A DNA stretch of 64,000 nucleotides. It comes from an uncultured bacterium (GTDB taxonomy: Bacteria > Babelota > Babeliae > Babelales > Vermiphilaceae). The position numbers and the translations under genes were made by a program. This document shows positions 50,570-61,500 of this stretch, in pieces. The stretch spans positions 32,001 through 96,000 of the forward strand of contig OY969699.1 in assembly GCA_963702025.1 (NCBI GenBank), in the 5' to 3' direction. Below the pieces are notes generated by a model, which saw only the letters and a program-made list of their open reading frames with translations, ran no database searches and was not told the origin of the DNA. Each line of letters starts with the position of its first letter. Positions within the stretch are counted from its first letter, which is position 1.

Positions 50570-50824
50570 TTAGAATTTAGTGGCAATATAAATCAAACCA
50601 CCGGCAATCAGTAATACATAAATTGCCAATGTTTCAATAATACCCATACTGGCAAACATAACTTGCCTGATTTTATTTGCGCTTTCAGGATATTTGCCGA
50701 TATTTTCACATGCTTTCATGCCTATGGCACCTTGCCCAAGAGCAGGCCCTAAAACACCAAAACCAATAGCAATTGCCGCACCAAAACAAGCAGCAGCCTT
50801 TGCATAAAAAATACCTTCAACCAT
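50570..50824 (-). CDS. atpE: ATP synthase subunit c
   Basis: G.LGPALGQG, K.PE and IETLAIY motifs. Confidence 0.93.
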   Translation of the reverse strand: MVEGIFYAKAAACFGAAIAIGFGVLGPALGQGAIGMKACENIGKYPESANKIRQVMFASMGIIETLAIYVLLIAGGLIYIATKF

Positions 50825-51101
50825 GCTTAATTGCCTTTCTTTTAATAATCATTAAAAGTTATAGTTTATTTAATAACATAACGCATATTTTATTTAATTC
50901 TAGCTAGCATGGCCTTTTTTTTACAAGAATGTATGCATAAACTGATGGTCATACCTATTATTAATTTCTAATAAAGTAATTTCATAGAAAATGTTAAAAA
51001 TAAATTATTTATTTTATTTAAAAAGCTTACAAAAGGGCCTTAATTTGTCAGAATCGTTGAAATACTATAGGCTGATTTTGTTGTCTCAACCTTTAATTTG
51101 A

Positions 51102-52853
51102 ATGAAAATTATTGTTATGAATACAGCAAAGCAGACAGTGCTTCCCTTGCTTATTTTTTCTTTTTTTCTTCTTTCTAACTACGCATCTGCAAAAAATGTG
51201 GTTGCACCCGAAACTATAGTGAATGATATTTGCTTTCAACCTCGCGATAGTTTTGATGATCTTTTAGCTTACGTTGACAATGATATTGGTGTGAATAATC
51301 TGATCTCCAACTCAACTATTCAAAAAGAGGTCCGCCAAACAACAAAACCGGAGGTTATAACCTTACTCGATACAATTGGCTTTTTTGGTCTTTTACAACA
51401 GAACTTTTTTTTACGCACTAATAACCTTAAAACTCGCTCATTATTAGATTATCCCGAATTTACGCCATTTTCCCAAAGAGAAAAGCGAGCAGTTTACGTT
51501 GATCTATTTTACAATCAAACCTCACGTCTCTTTTTTGATCGCAATAGTAGTAATATTTGTAGTTATCTTGCCGTATCTCAACCGGGCTTTATATCCGCAA
51601 TAGAAAATATCATAGAAAACTCGATGCCACTTTTGCCTGAAGGTGTTACTATTGATGCAGATGCGATTCTTCGTCTTTTGAGTTTATTTCAAACGTTTAC
51701 GGTGCAAGAAAGAAGACTTGGCCTTATGCTGGGCGGCCAATTCTCATGGAATAGATGGCATTTTAATATATATGCTCCTTGGTATTATCTTGAACGTAAC
51801 CATTTTGTTGATCAAAATATTCAAAATAATATTGAAGACTTAGTGGCTGACATTATTGAAGATACCACCGGCAAATCGCAGCTCACGTCTGAAGAAATGG
51901 CGCTCGCTGAAAAACGTAAAAATGAATTTATTGATAATCACTTAATCTGTGACAAATTCGGCATTGGCGATACACGTATTTACGCTGATTATCCAATTAT
52001 TAAAAAGCACAAAATGTGGACACGCGTTGGCTTTCTGGCAACCATTCCCACCGCATTTGCATTTAAAAAAGGATTACGCGGCACCTCATTGTCTCGAGCG
52101 ATAAACCGCCCGACCCTTGATTTGGTTGCCTTGGTAGAAGGAGTCACCGCGCCGGTTAAATCAGTAAGCCAACAAGCATTTGATTTTGGCCTTGCCGCTC
52201 TTGATAATTTGGGCGCCATGATACTCGAAGCGCCACTAGGCAATGGGGGCCATTTTGGCATTGGCTTGTTTGGCAGAAACCGGTCGCCGTTGAGCAACTT
52301 TATCAAATTTGATTGGGCCCGCCGCATCGTTATGCGGAGCTTTATCTCATTAGAATATCAGTTTGCGGCAACTGAATGGCGCAGCTTTAGAGTGCCGGTA
52401 AATGAAGCACTTTTTAATGCGCGCAATTTAACTGAAACTGACGATCCGCTTATAGTAAACAGTAATTTTGATTTTATTGTTGCCCAGCTTACCGATCGCC
52501 TGTTTCCTATTGCACTGCAAACACGCGTAAATCCGGGAGTGATATTCCGTTGGACTTCACACATGTGTTATGAAGGAGATACCTGCGGTTTTACTCTGGG
52601 GACCGACACCTATGTCCGCAATAAAGAAAAATTTAGTAGCATTGATACTAATCCGGCAGTGAAACGAATAATTGATGAAGCCAATGCGCGCTCGCCATTC
52701 GCGTATCAAGCAAAAATGGTTGGCTCAGTGTTTTTTAAGGTTGAGAAGCCGGACAAACTGTTCACTATCTCACTTATTGGCGACTACACCTATATGAATA
52801 AAGGAATTGGCTCTGACTTCACGCTCGCGCTCAATGTTGATTGCGCATTCTAG
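51102..52853 (+). CDS. Secreted hypothetical protein, possibly outer-membrane
   Basis: Signal peptide, amphipathic strands, terminal Phe. Confidence 0.55.
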   Translation: MKIIVMNTAKQTVLPLLIFSFFLLSNYASAKNVVAPETIVNDICFQPRDSFDDLLAYVDNDIGVNNLISNSTIQKEVRQTTKPEVITLLDTIGFFGLLQQNFFLRTNNLKTRSLLDYPEFTPFSQREKRAVYVDLFYNQTSRLFFDRNSSNICSYLAVSQPGFISAIENIIENSMPLLPEGVTIDADAILRLLSLFQTFTVQERRLGLMLGGQFSWNRWHFNIYAPWYYLERNHFVDQNIQNNIEDLVADIIEDTTGKSQLTSEEMALAEKRKNEFIDNHLICDKFGIGDTRIYADYPIIKKHKMWTRVGFLATIPTAFAFKKGLRGTSLSRAINRPTLDLVALVEGVTAPVKSVSQQAFDFGLAALDNLGAMILEAPLGNGGHFGIGLFGRNRSPLSNFIKFDWARRIVMRSFISLEYQFAATEWRSFRVPVNEALFNARNLTETDDPLIVNSNFDFIVAQLTDRLFPIALQTRVNPGVIFRWTSHMCYEGDTCGFTLGTDTYVRNKEKFSSIDTNPAVKRIIDEANARSPFAYQAKMVGSVFFKVEKPDKLFTISLIGDYTYMNKGIGSDFTLALNVDCAF

Positions 52854-52876
52854 AAAACTATGCGAAAGGAATTTTT

Positions 52877-53551
52877 ATGAAAAAATTGGTATTACTTTTT
52901 ATTTTATTTACAGGCTCTGCTTTAAAATGCGATATTGCCACACGTGATTATCCACCAATTATTTTAACAAGCCCTAAACTTAAATTGGTTGATGGCAAAT
53001 CCTGGGCCATGGATGGAAGACAGTTTAAAAAAACAATGAAGTTTCGTTTAGATGTTAATAAACGCCGTTTTGGTGAAAAAATAGCGAATAATGAATTCGT
53101 TGGCTTCTACATCTTTGAGGATGAAAAATATAGCCTCGCGCAACTCATTGAATTAGAAGAACAACTGATGGCAAGCAACAGCATAAGCGATCGAGAAAAG
53201 CATGCAAGATTACGCCCACTCTTGCGCGCCATTATGGAAGAATTTATTAAATTATCACAGCCATTCTTAGAAGATGCACGCGGCGCAAAAGCAGAAATGC
53301 TCGCGCTCATTACAGAGTGGGCAACAAAAGCACATAGGCTTGAAAGTTATCTGCTTGCATGGGGACGCAGCAGGGAAGGTGAAGAAGCCGAGGTAATTTA
53401 TACGAACATCAAAACATTTGCAGCGTTTGATCAATTTCTCACCGACTTGGTCTATTTCTTGGAAACACTCATGCGCAGCTGCCCTATAGCAACACAGCAA
53501 TTTAAAGATTTGCTTAAAAAAGAACAAGAACAGGCGCAATCGCATAAATAA
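52877..53551 (+). CDS. Secreted hypothetical protein
   Basis: AAGGA RBS, signal peptide. Confidence 0.6.
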   Translation: MKKLVLLFILFTGSALKCDIATRDYPPIILTSPKLKLVDGKSWAMDGRQFKKTMKFRLDVNKRRFGEKIANNEFVGFYIFEDEKYSLAQLIELEEQLMASNSISDREKHARLRPLLRAIMEEFIKLSQPFLEDARGAKAEMLALITEWATKAHRLESYLLAWGRSREGEEAEVIYTNIKTFAAFDQFLTDLVYFLETLMRSCPIATQQFKDLLKKEQEQAQSHK

Positions 53552-53560
53552 TGGCAGAAA

Positions 53561-53638
53561 CCCTTCGATACGAAAATCTTACGATTTTCTACTCAGGGCG
53601 AGCGGATCGGGTTCCGTTCGTGCTGAGCTTGTCGAAGC
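53561..53638. repeat. Inverted pair of REP-like repeats
   Basis: CTTCGA..[hairpin]..CTCAGGGCGAGCGG / CCGTTCGTGCTGAGCTTGTCGAAG. Confidence 0.7.
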
Positions 53639-53689
53639 ATTGCAGCGAGCGTATCGTACCATACTTCTAAGTCTTAAAAAAAAGATCAT

Positions 53690-55870
53690 ATGGCAGATTT
53701 GCAACAATTAAAAGGCACAGTTGACCGTTTTTTATTCCAAAATAGTGAAAACGGTTATGCAGTATTTTATGTTCTGCTCGATAATGAAACGCAGGTAGTA
53801 GCCCGCGGCTACTTACCCAGCATTCAAGCGGGCCAAGAAGTAGTGTTACAAGGAAGCTGGATTGTGCATCCAAAATTCGGCAAACAATTTGACGTTGCGC
53901 AATGCGTTACCCAAGTGCCAACTTCGGTTGTTGGGCTCAAAAAATATCTTGGTTCAGGGCTGATAAAAGGCATTGGCCCCGTGTATGCGGAAAAATTAGT
54001 CTCTCATTTTGGCGCCACGGTTTTGGATGTCATTGATTCTGATCCTGCTCGTTTGCATGAAGTGCCGGGCATTGGCCATAAGCGTATTGAGCAGATTATT
54101 AGTGCATGGCGCGACCAAAAAGAGATCTCCAATGTGATGATCTATTTGCAAGAAAAAGGAATTTCTGCTGCTTACGCGGCTAAAATTTACAAGCAATATG
54201 GCCAGAATTCCATCGCTACCATTACCGAAAATCCCTATCGATTAGCCGATGATATTTGGGGCGTGGGATTTAAAATGGCCGATCAGCTGGCCAAGGCAAT
54301 CGGCATTTGCCCTGAATCACCTAAACGCATTAAAGCGGGATTACTTTTTGCCATCACCAATAACCTCGCGCAAGGACATTTGTATGTTGAGCTTGATGCC
54401 CTCAAAGAACAAACAACAGAGTTGCTCGCGGTAGAAAATAATGCTGAATCCCTGCTAAAAAACGCACTGCATGATCTGTATAATGAACAAAGAATTAAAT
54501 TAATTTCTCATAAAGATCATCATTATATTACGCTAACGCAATATTATATGAGTGAAAAAGGAATCGCGCAAAAACTGCAGAAATTATTGAGCTACCAACC
54601 CCTGCATAGTTTAGACATCAATGCCATTTATCACACACTTCGCGCCGCAGCTGCACAGGAAATAGTGCTCAATGATGATCAGCAAAGAGCTATACTCGCA
54701 TGCCTGCAAAATAAAGTAACAATAATAACCGGCGGCCCGGGAACGGGTAAAACCACGGTTATAAAAAAATTGCTCCAGATTCTTGATGAAAATAAACTTT
54801 CTTATCGGCTTGCCGCGCCAACCGGACGCGCTGCTAAACGCATCACGCAAAGTACTGGAAAAATTGCACTTACAATCCATCGTCTTTTAGAGTTCGATGT
54901 AGCAACACGGGGATTTTCACGCAACGAACAAAATGCGCTTCAATTGGATTTTTTAATTGTTGATGAAGCATCAATGATCGATGTCTTTCTTGCCCATTCA
55001 TTATTAAAAGCATTGCCCTTCAGCGCCCATCTTGTTTTGATTGGCGATATCGATCAACTTCCTTCCGTGGGTGCGGGAAACTTTTTAAATGATCTTATTG
55101 CCAGCACCAAAGTTGCTACTATCCGGTTAACAGAAATTTTTCGTCAAGCACAAGATAGTTTGATTATCTTAAATGCCCACCGCGTTAATAATGGGGAATT
55201 TCCTCTTTCTTTTTTACCCGACGCAAAAAGAGATTTTGTTTTCATTAAAGAGGATGACCCACAAAATGTACATCACCATCTGAATGAAATTTTACTCAAG
55301 CAGCTGCCCCGTTGGAACATTAGCACTCAAGATTGCATGGTATTGGTGCCCATGAATCGCGGCATAGTAGGAACCCAACAATTAAATAGCTATTTACAGC
55401 CAATTCTTAATAAAACCGCCGATCAAAAGCAGCTTATACATGGAATCTACCGCTATACCATTGGCGATCGCGTGATGCAAATTCGCAATAATTATGACAA
55501 AATTGTTTTTAATGGCGATGTTGGCACCATCACCGATATAAATATTTCTGATAAGATCATATTTGTGCAATTTTATGAGCGGGTTGTTGAATATGAACAA
55601 TCCGAACTAGATGAACTGGTACTGGCTTATGCAATTTCAATTCACAAAAGTCAGGGCTCGGAATATCCTGCGGTAATCATACCGATTTTTATGCAACATT
55701 TTACATTGTTACAACGCAACCTACTTTACACCGCTATCACTCGCGCGAAAAAATTATGTATTCTTATTGGGCAACCGAAGGCGATTGGCATGGCCGTGAA
55801 AAACAAGAAAAGCCTTGAACGTATTACTTTTTTATCTGAATTCCTGGTCAATAATTTAGAAGCACGATAA
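53690..55870 (+). CDS. recD2: ATP-dependent RecD-like DNA helicase
   Basis: YLGSG.IKGIGP, TGGPGTGKT, VDEASM and HKSQGSEY motifs. Confidence 0.95.
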   Translation: MADLQQLKGTVDRFLFQNSENGYAVFYVLLDNETQVVARGYLPSIQAGQEVVLQGSWIVHPKFGKQFDVAQCVTQVPTSVVGLKKYLGSGLIKGIGPVYAEKLVSHFGATVLDVIDSDPARLHEVPGIGHKRIEQIISAWRDQKEISNVMIYLQEKGISAAYAAKIYKQYGQNSIATITENPYRLADDIWGVGFKMADQLAKAIGICPESPKRIKAGLLFAITNNLAQGHLYVELDALKEQTTELLAVENNAESLLKNALHDLYNEQRIKLISHKDHHYITLTQYYMSEKGIAQKLQKLLSYQPLHSLDINAIYHTLRAAAAQEIVLNDDQQRAILACLQNKVTIITGGPGTGKTTVIKKLLQILDENKLSYRLAAPTGRAAKRITQSTGKIALTIHRLLEFDVATRGFSRNEQNALQLDFLIVDEASMIDVFLAHSLLKALPFSAHLVLIGDIDQLPSVGAGNFLNDLIASTKVATIRLTEIFRQAQDSLIILNAHRVNNGEFPLSFLPDAKRDFVFIKEDDPQNVHHHLNEILLKQLPRWNISTQDCMVLVPMNRGIVGTQQLNSYLQPILNKTADQKQLIHGIYRYTIGDRVMQIRNNYDKIVFNGDVGTITDINISDKIIFVQFYERVVEYEQSELDELVLAYAISIHKSQGSEYPAVIIPIFMQHFTLLQRNLLYTAITRAKKLCILIGQPKAIGMAVKNKKSLERITFLSEFLVNNLEAR

Positions 55871-55872
55871 CA

Positions 55873-56538
55873 ATGATAAAATTCACCAATATTCTGTATT
55901 TGCTCTGTCTTTCATCATCAATATGTACCGCCTGGATATTTAATGCATCACCCGAAAAAAAATCTTTTGTAATGATGCTGGAAGTGGCCGGCGATAATCT
56001 CCATACCGGCAGGACTCTCGGTGAATGCTTTGAAAATAGTTTTTGTTTGGAACTGTCGCAACAAATTAAACAACTATTGGAACAGAAAAGATCGGACATA
56101 AAGTGTGTGATCAACAGGGCGCCCGGGCAAAGCCTTGCACCCTTGGCAAATCAAAACTATGCCAATAAATTAAACGTTGATCTTTATGTGAGCATAAACG
56201 CATTTTATGTACGCGAAAAAGAAATGTCTATCGCTCTCTATCAATTCTCCTATCAGGATCCATTTATTTTAAAAGAAAATTCGTTGAGTTTTTATCCCTA
56301 TGATAAACTCTATCTTCTTAATGAATCGGTCACCAAAGAATGGGGCCAGACCATCAAAAAGCAATTAGCAGCTGCCACCGATTTAAAAATAAAAGGGCCA
56401 TACTCGATGCCTTTTAAACCGTTAATTGGCATAAAGGCGCCAGCTTTGGCATTTGAAATCGGAGTAACCGATACGCTAAATATTCAAGAATTAGCCAAAA
56501 TTATGGGCAATGCCTTGGCAGCACTCCGTGAGCAATAA
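55873..56538 (+). CDS. N-acetylmuramoyl-L-alanine amidase-like protein (degenerate active site)
   Basis: AN....DLYVSINA and PA..FEIG; zinc-binding His residues are absent. Confidence 0.6.
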   Translation: MIKFTNILYLLCLSSSICTAWIFNASPEKKSFVMMLEVAGDNLHTGRTLGECFENSFCLELSQQIKQLLEQKRSDIKCVINRAPGQSLAPLANQNYANKLNVDLYVSINAFYVREKEMSIALYQFSYQDPFILKENSLSFYPYDKLYLLNESVTKEWGQTIKKQLAAATDLKIKGPYSMPFKPLIGIKAPALAFEIGVTDTLNIQELAKIMGNALAALREQ

Positions 56539-56540
56539 CC

Positions 56541-57077
56541 ATGAAAATAAAAGAAATCGTATACTCGTCCGGATTCATGATTGTGGCAGCGCTTTTATTT
56601 TTTGCCTACCAAAAACAGTACATTATTTTTAACATTCCTAATTCAATCAGTATTCCCATCGTTAGCGCTGAAAAAAAACAGGTAGACTTTTTCTTTTATC
56701 AAGAAGAAAAGATTCACCGCGAAACACAAACAGTCGTTTTTACCGATATTCCTGAACAGAATATACATCTTGTTATTAGTAGATGGCTTGAAATCGCTTT
56801 TGATGAAAAAATAGTATCAAAAAAAATTACCCTTCAATCGGCAATTCTGAGCTATGATTCAAAAGAATTATATCTTTCATTTGATTCTCTTTTATGGCAC
56901 AAAGAATCGAATACTTTTTATAAATGGTCCATCATTGAAGGCATCTTAAAAACAATAAAAAACCTTGGTTTTGGTATAACCAAGGTTCACTTTTTAACCA
57001 ACCATCAAATAATGCAAGACCATCATTTGGATTTTACCAATCCTTGGCCCATTGATGGATTTATGGATTCACCTTAA
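56541..57077 (+). CDS. Membrane-anchored protein, GerMN-like
   Basis: N-terminal TM; LYLSF, V.FL.N and HLD...P patterns; follows the amidase-like gene. Confidence 0.5.
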   Translation: MKIKEIVYSSGFMIVAALLFFAYQKQYIIFNIPNSISIPIVSAEKKQVDFFFYQEEKIHRETQTVVFTDIPEQNIHLVISRWLEIAFDEKIVSKKITLQSAILSYDSKELYLSFDSLLWHKESNTFYKWSIIEGILKTIKNLGFGITKVHFLTNHQIMQDHHLDFTNPWPIDGFMDSP

Positions 57078-57316
57078 CTAACAACTTTTGGTTTCTGGAC
57101 AGCCGCAGCTTTTGCAGCCACACATTGCTGTTGTTCTTGCTGCTTGTCTTTCTCAGTTGATGGGCATGTACATGGCGTACATTTGCACGGCGCTTGACAC
57201 TGAGTGCAACAGGCAGTCACTTTTTTTTGCTCCTGGGCAACGCACGTCGCTTCTGCGGCATTTAATAGCGCACTCGCCGATGACAATAGGCCCAGAAAAA
57301 TCATTATTTTTAACAT
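57074..57316 (-). CDS. Small secreted Cys-rich protein
   Basis: Signal peptide; CCTQCQAPCKCTPCTC; AAGGAG RBS. Confidence 0.6.
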   Translation of the reverse strand: MLKIMIFLGLLSSASALLNAAEATCVAQEQKKVTACCTQCQAPCKCTPCTCPSTEKDKQQEQQQCVAAKAAAVQKPKVVS

Positions 57317-57527
57317 CGCAACTCCTTGAAATATATAATTAAAATCTCCTTTTTTTTACTATGCGGTTATTATTCTGTCAAATAAAAAAAAATTGTATTT
57401 TTATCAAAATACAAAATATGAGCGCACGAATGCCAAACCCATTCTCTATTCTAACTGTTGCCATTTTCTCATTAAACTGGTTACATTACCAGTACACAGT
57501 ATTTTTTAAAAAAAAGGAGCTTTAACT

Positions 57528-57728
57528 ATGAATTCTCCCCATATATCACACAAAGCAAAAGGCGCATTTTTAATGACCGCCGGCATCATCTTATTCTTAT
57601 ACGTTACTAAAATTATTACCGCAAGCTTGGAAATGATAATTTTACTCGCCTCAATTTTGATGATCATCTATGGTTTTATAGAAATGGGTGGCTACAACAA
57701 GCTTATGCAGCTCTTTAATAAAAAATAG
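57528..57728 (+). CDS. Small membrane protein
   Basis: Two TM helices; AAGGAG RBS. Confidence 0.65.
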   Translation: MNSPHISHKAKGAFLMTAGIILFLYVTKIITASLEMIILLASILMIIYGFIEMGGYNKLMQLFNKK

Positions 57729-57772
57729 TAGCAGGGCTCGCAAGAGCCCTTTTTTAATGAAAAAGGTTTCCC

Positions 57773-58543
57773 ATGAAAAAAATTATATTTCTTCTCATCG
57801 TGGCATCCAATTTGGGCGGCATGGACAATGACAAAGTAGTAAATGAAGAAAAGGCTCCATTTAAAATTCCGGCAACTATCCCTATTGAGGTTCAAGAAGC
57901 ACAAAAACGTTTGATAGAACAACTTAAAGAGGTTGTCGTCTTAAAGAAACTAAATCTCGAAACTCAAATAATCGTGGCAAAAGAACTGATCCAAGCACCA
58001 CCTAAAAAATACCCAAAACCGATCTTACAACCGGCTAAAAAAAGTCCGGCGCAAAAGTCCACATCTGTTGTTTCCCAAGAATTAGATGATCTTCTGAAAG
58101 AACTTGAAGCATCTGCACCTAAAAAATCAGCCCCTGTTCACGACCCAGTTATAACCACATTAGGCGAACTTGAGCTATTAACCGCGCAAGCCTCTTTAAT
58201 TGCTGAAGGCTTTGGAACTTCCCAGGAAATAGATAAAAAAACACTTCTTGGTCTTATTAAAGAATTGAATAAGAAATCTGATTCACTGGCAAATTTGGTG
58301 CCAACATATACACCATCTTTTGCACGACCAGCAACCGCTCTCAGGAGATTGGATTCATTTGTTAAAACTATGCAAGAGACAAATGCTTCTTGGGCAGAAA
58401 GAAATACTACTCTGCAACATTTAAGCTCTTTAATCTCTATAAAACAAGTATTAATTCATTGGGTGAAACACTCGAACAATTTAAGCAGTCGTAAAAAAGT
58501 TAATTTATTTCTTTTTTGCGCTCTATGCTTCCGGAATTGGTAA
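57773..58543 (+). CDS. Secreted hypothetical protein
   Basis: Signal peptide, then MDND. Confidence 0.6.
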   Translation: MKKIIFLLIVASNLGGMDNDKVVNEEKAPFKIPATIPIEVQEAQKRLIEQLKEVVVLKKLNLETQIIVAKELIQAPPKKYPKPILQPAKKSPAQKSTSVVSQELDDLLKELEASAPKKSAPVHDPVITTLGELELLTAQASLIAEGFGTSQEIDKKTLLGLIKELNKKSDSLANLVPTYTPSFARPATALRRLDSFVKTMQETNASWAERNTTLQHLSSLISIKQVLIHWVKHSNNLSSRKKVNLFLFCALCFRNW

Positions 58544-61500
58544 CAACCACTCGAACCGGATAGGCAATCTGAATGTCATGTTCATGCAACCGCTTAACTA
58601 TTGCCAAGCGGACATCACTAGCTATATCCCACATGTCGGCAGTATGATTTGAGCTCATATAGCCGCGCACTAAAAACACATAGCCCAGATCGCTAAAATT
58701 TTCCAACCGAACCACCGGCCGTGGATTCTTCAAAATAACACGACTTTCATCGAGCACACGTAAAAGCAATTCCCGCACATGTGCCGGATCAGCCTTATAC
58801 GGGATTGTAACCATAATGTCATCAAAGGCGATGAAAGAACGGGCATGGTTCCAATTAGCAACCGATTGCGTGGTTATTTGGAGGTTAGGAATAAGTACCG
58901 TGGTGCTATTTTTGCGCCTTATTTCAACCGACCGCGGTGTAATGCGGCGAACAAAACCATTTACGTTGTCATTTAAAAAAATATAATCGCCGACTTTTAC
59001 CGGTCTTTGTACAATAATAATAAAATACGCTATAAGGTCGGCTACCGGATCCTTGATCACCCAACCAATAGCAAGTATTAATCCTCCCAGGAGCCACCAA
59101 ACAACATCTCCCAGATTTGCCGCATGGAATCCTAAAATTGTTGCCGTAATAATGATAAGATACCGGCTCAGCGTTGCAATAGTATTTTGAACGCCTGAAT
59201 CGACGAGTAAAATGTCAAAAATCCGGCCCAAAACAAACCGATTAATTGCAAAGGCAATCATCGATCCTGCAATCAAGAAACCTATAATCTTAAAAAGAGT
59301 ATAAAGTGAAATAGGCGAACTGGTATTCTCAAGAAGAAATGGCGTTTTTATCCAGACCATCACATCCGACCATTTTTGCACTTTGAGCAGCACTTCCGGG
59401 CCATGCCAGATGCGAGCCGCTATTAACAAACCAACAAAAATAAAGATGGCAAAAATCAGAACTACCAGAAGCCCATACCATGTTTTTGCATACGGGAAAC
59501 GGTCGCGGGCAATTTCATCATCTGTATCAAAATAAAAAAATATACCCGAAGAAATTCGTTTGATCCATTCATGGATCCACAAAAGTAATTGCAACAGAAT
59601 CGCCGTATACAAAAGACGTTTTAGAATATAGAGCACCAATCTGCCGTAGCCCACATACGGATTACTCATTACAATAACGGCAATCAAAAAGAATTGCAGC
59701 AAATAGTAATAGGTATCAATCAGATCGTAGAGCGCTTTACCAAAATCTGTTTTTACCGAGATTAAACTTAAGATCTGGTCTTTTGAAAGCAGCAAAATAG
59801 CCGATATTTGGAAAATAATAAAATTAATCGTAAGCAACAACGTAGGGAGTTCTGATTTATGATAATTTCCTAAGATAAATGCTTCTCTAAAGCAGACAAT
59901 CGCTATCGTTGCGTAGAGCAGCGTTGATACCACTAGAACAAAGCGATCTTGATAATCTTTATTGAGTAAACAATAATCATGAGTTTCATTAAAATAGACC
60001 AGATATTTCATGAATCTATTGGCAAGATACATAAGATAGGGAATTGAAAGAAGATAAAAAAGAATATACGGGAACGGATCCAAACAGCGACTACCAACTA
60101 AAAATATAACTATCGTAAGCCAAATAAAAATACTTACCATATGCTTAGCAATAAAACCAAGAATCACTGCGATCAGAGCACCGGCCCACCGGATACCCGC
60201 TGGCGCGGCGTGAATCGAAACGAGATTTTGGGTGACCATGGGAAGCGATAATTTAATGAAAAATAAAATGGCCAATAACACCAAAAATTTTACAAAAAAA
60301 TGATAGAAGTTACTCAACGGTGAAAATTGATCTTTAATCGTATTCCACAATGAACTGAAATTGAGCAATCCAATATAGGTAACAACATCTTTAATAAAAG
60401 ATTGTGCATCAGGGATACTGTTTTTTATGCCATCCCATGATATAGCATGCGCCGGACGTCCCCAGGGCGTTATAGTACCGAGCTCTACGATAATAAAATC
60501 AATATGTTTACCCGCATTACTGATCTTTGAAATAATATCGGTATAAACACCGGTTAATTTACCCAGTAGGTCAATCTGCTCTTCTATTTTTGATTGGGCA
60601 TGCTTGAGCAGCGCAACATACTGCTCATACTCTACAGAAGCAGTTTTAAATAGTGAATTTTTTTCTTGCTCAACCGTCTGGAGCTTTGCGGTTAAATTTT
60701 CTAAAGCTTTCTTTTGTGTAGTAATCATCGACGAAACATTATTTAATCGTTCTTTATACAAAGCAAGGTTTGTTTTGTTTTCATCTTTTTGAATCTGGTA
60801 TTTTTTTATTTCGGCACTGAGCGTCTCTTCGGTGTTAAACAACGAATTGCTTATTTTGAAAAAGGAATCTTTTACGCCGATACGCAACGCTTCATCGCGC
60901 AACCGCTCATCCTCTAAAGAATTATATGCTTCCAATAGCTCTTTTTTCCGCTTAATACCAAGCACCTCATCGTTAAGCATACCCACTTTTGCCAGTGCCA
61001 AATAACTGTTAATCGTCCTTTTTGGTTCTTTAGACCATTCATCTAATTCAGTGCCCAAAGGAATATTGAAGCGTTTGCTCAGAGCATCAAGCTCTTTTTC
61101 TTTTTCTTTTAACTCGAGATTAATTTTTTCAATCTCTTTTTGGTACGCTTCTTTAGCCGGACGTGCTTGCTGTTTCTTTTTATCAAGTTCTTCAAGTGCC
61201 AGCGCAACATCCGCTTCATTAATTTTTGTCAGCGGTTTAATAGTTTGAAGAATTCCTTTGAGTTCATCCAACTGTTTTTTTGCAGTAAACAATTCAGTCT
61301 GCGCTATGGTATGCTTCAGTTCAATTTCATTAATTTTCATCGCGTCCGCTGCACGGCGATCGTTAAAAGCTTGCTCTTTGAGCGTATCCAATTCAGCTTT
61401 TTGGCGGGCAGATAAACCGGGTTCCGGCTCTTTTTTCTCTTTGCTTACTTGAAACGCATCGATGGTCGCCTGAGCGGCCCGCTTTCTGGTTTGCAACTCA

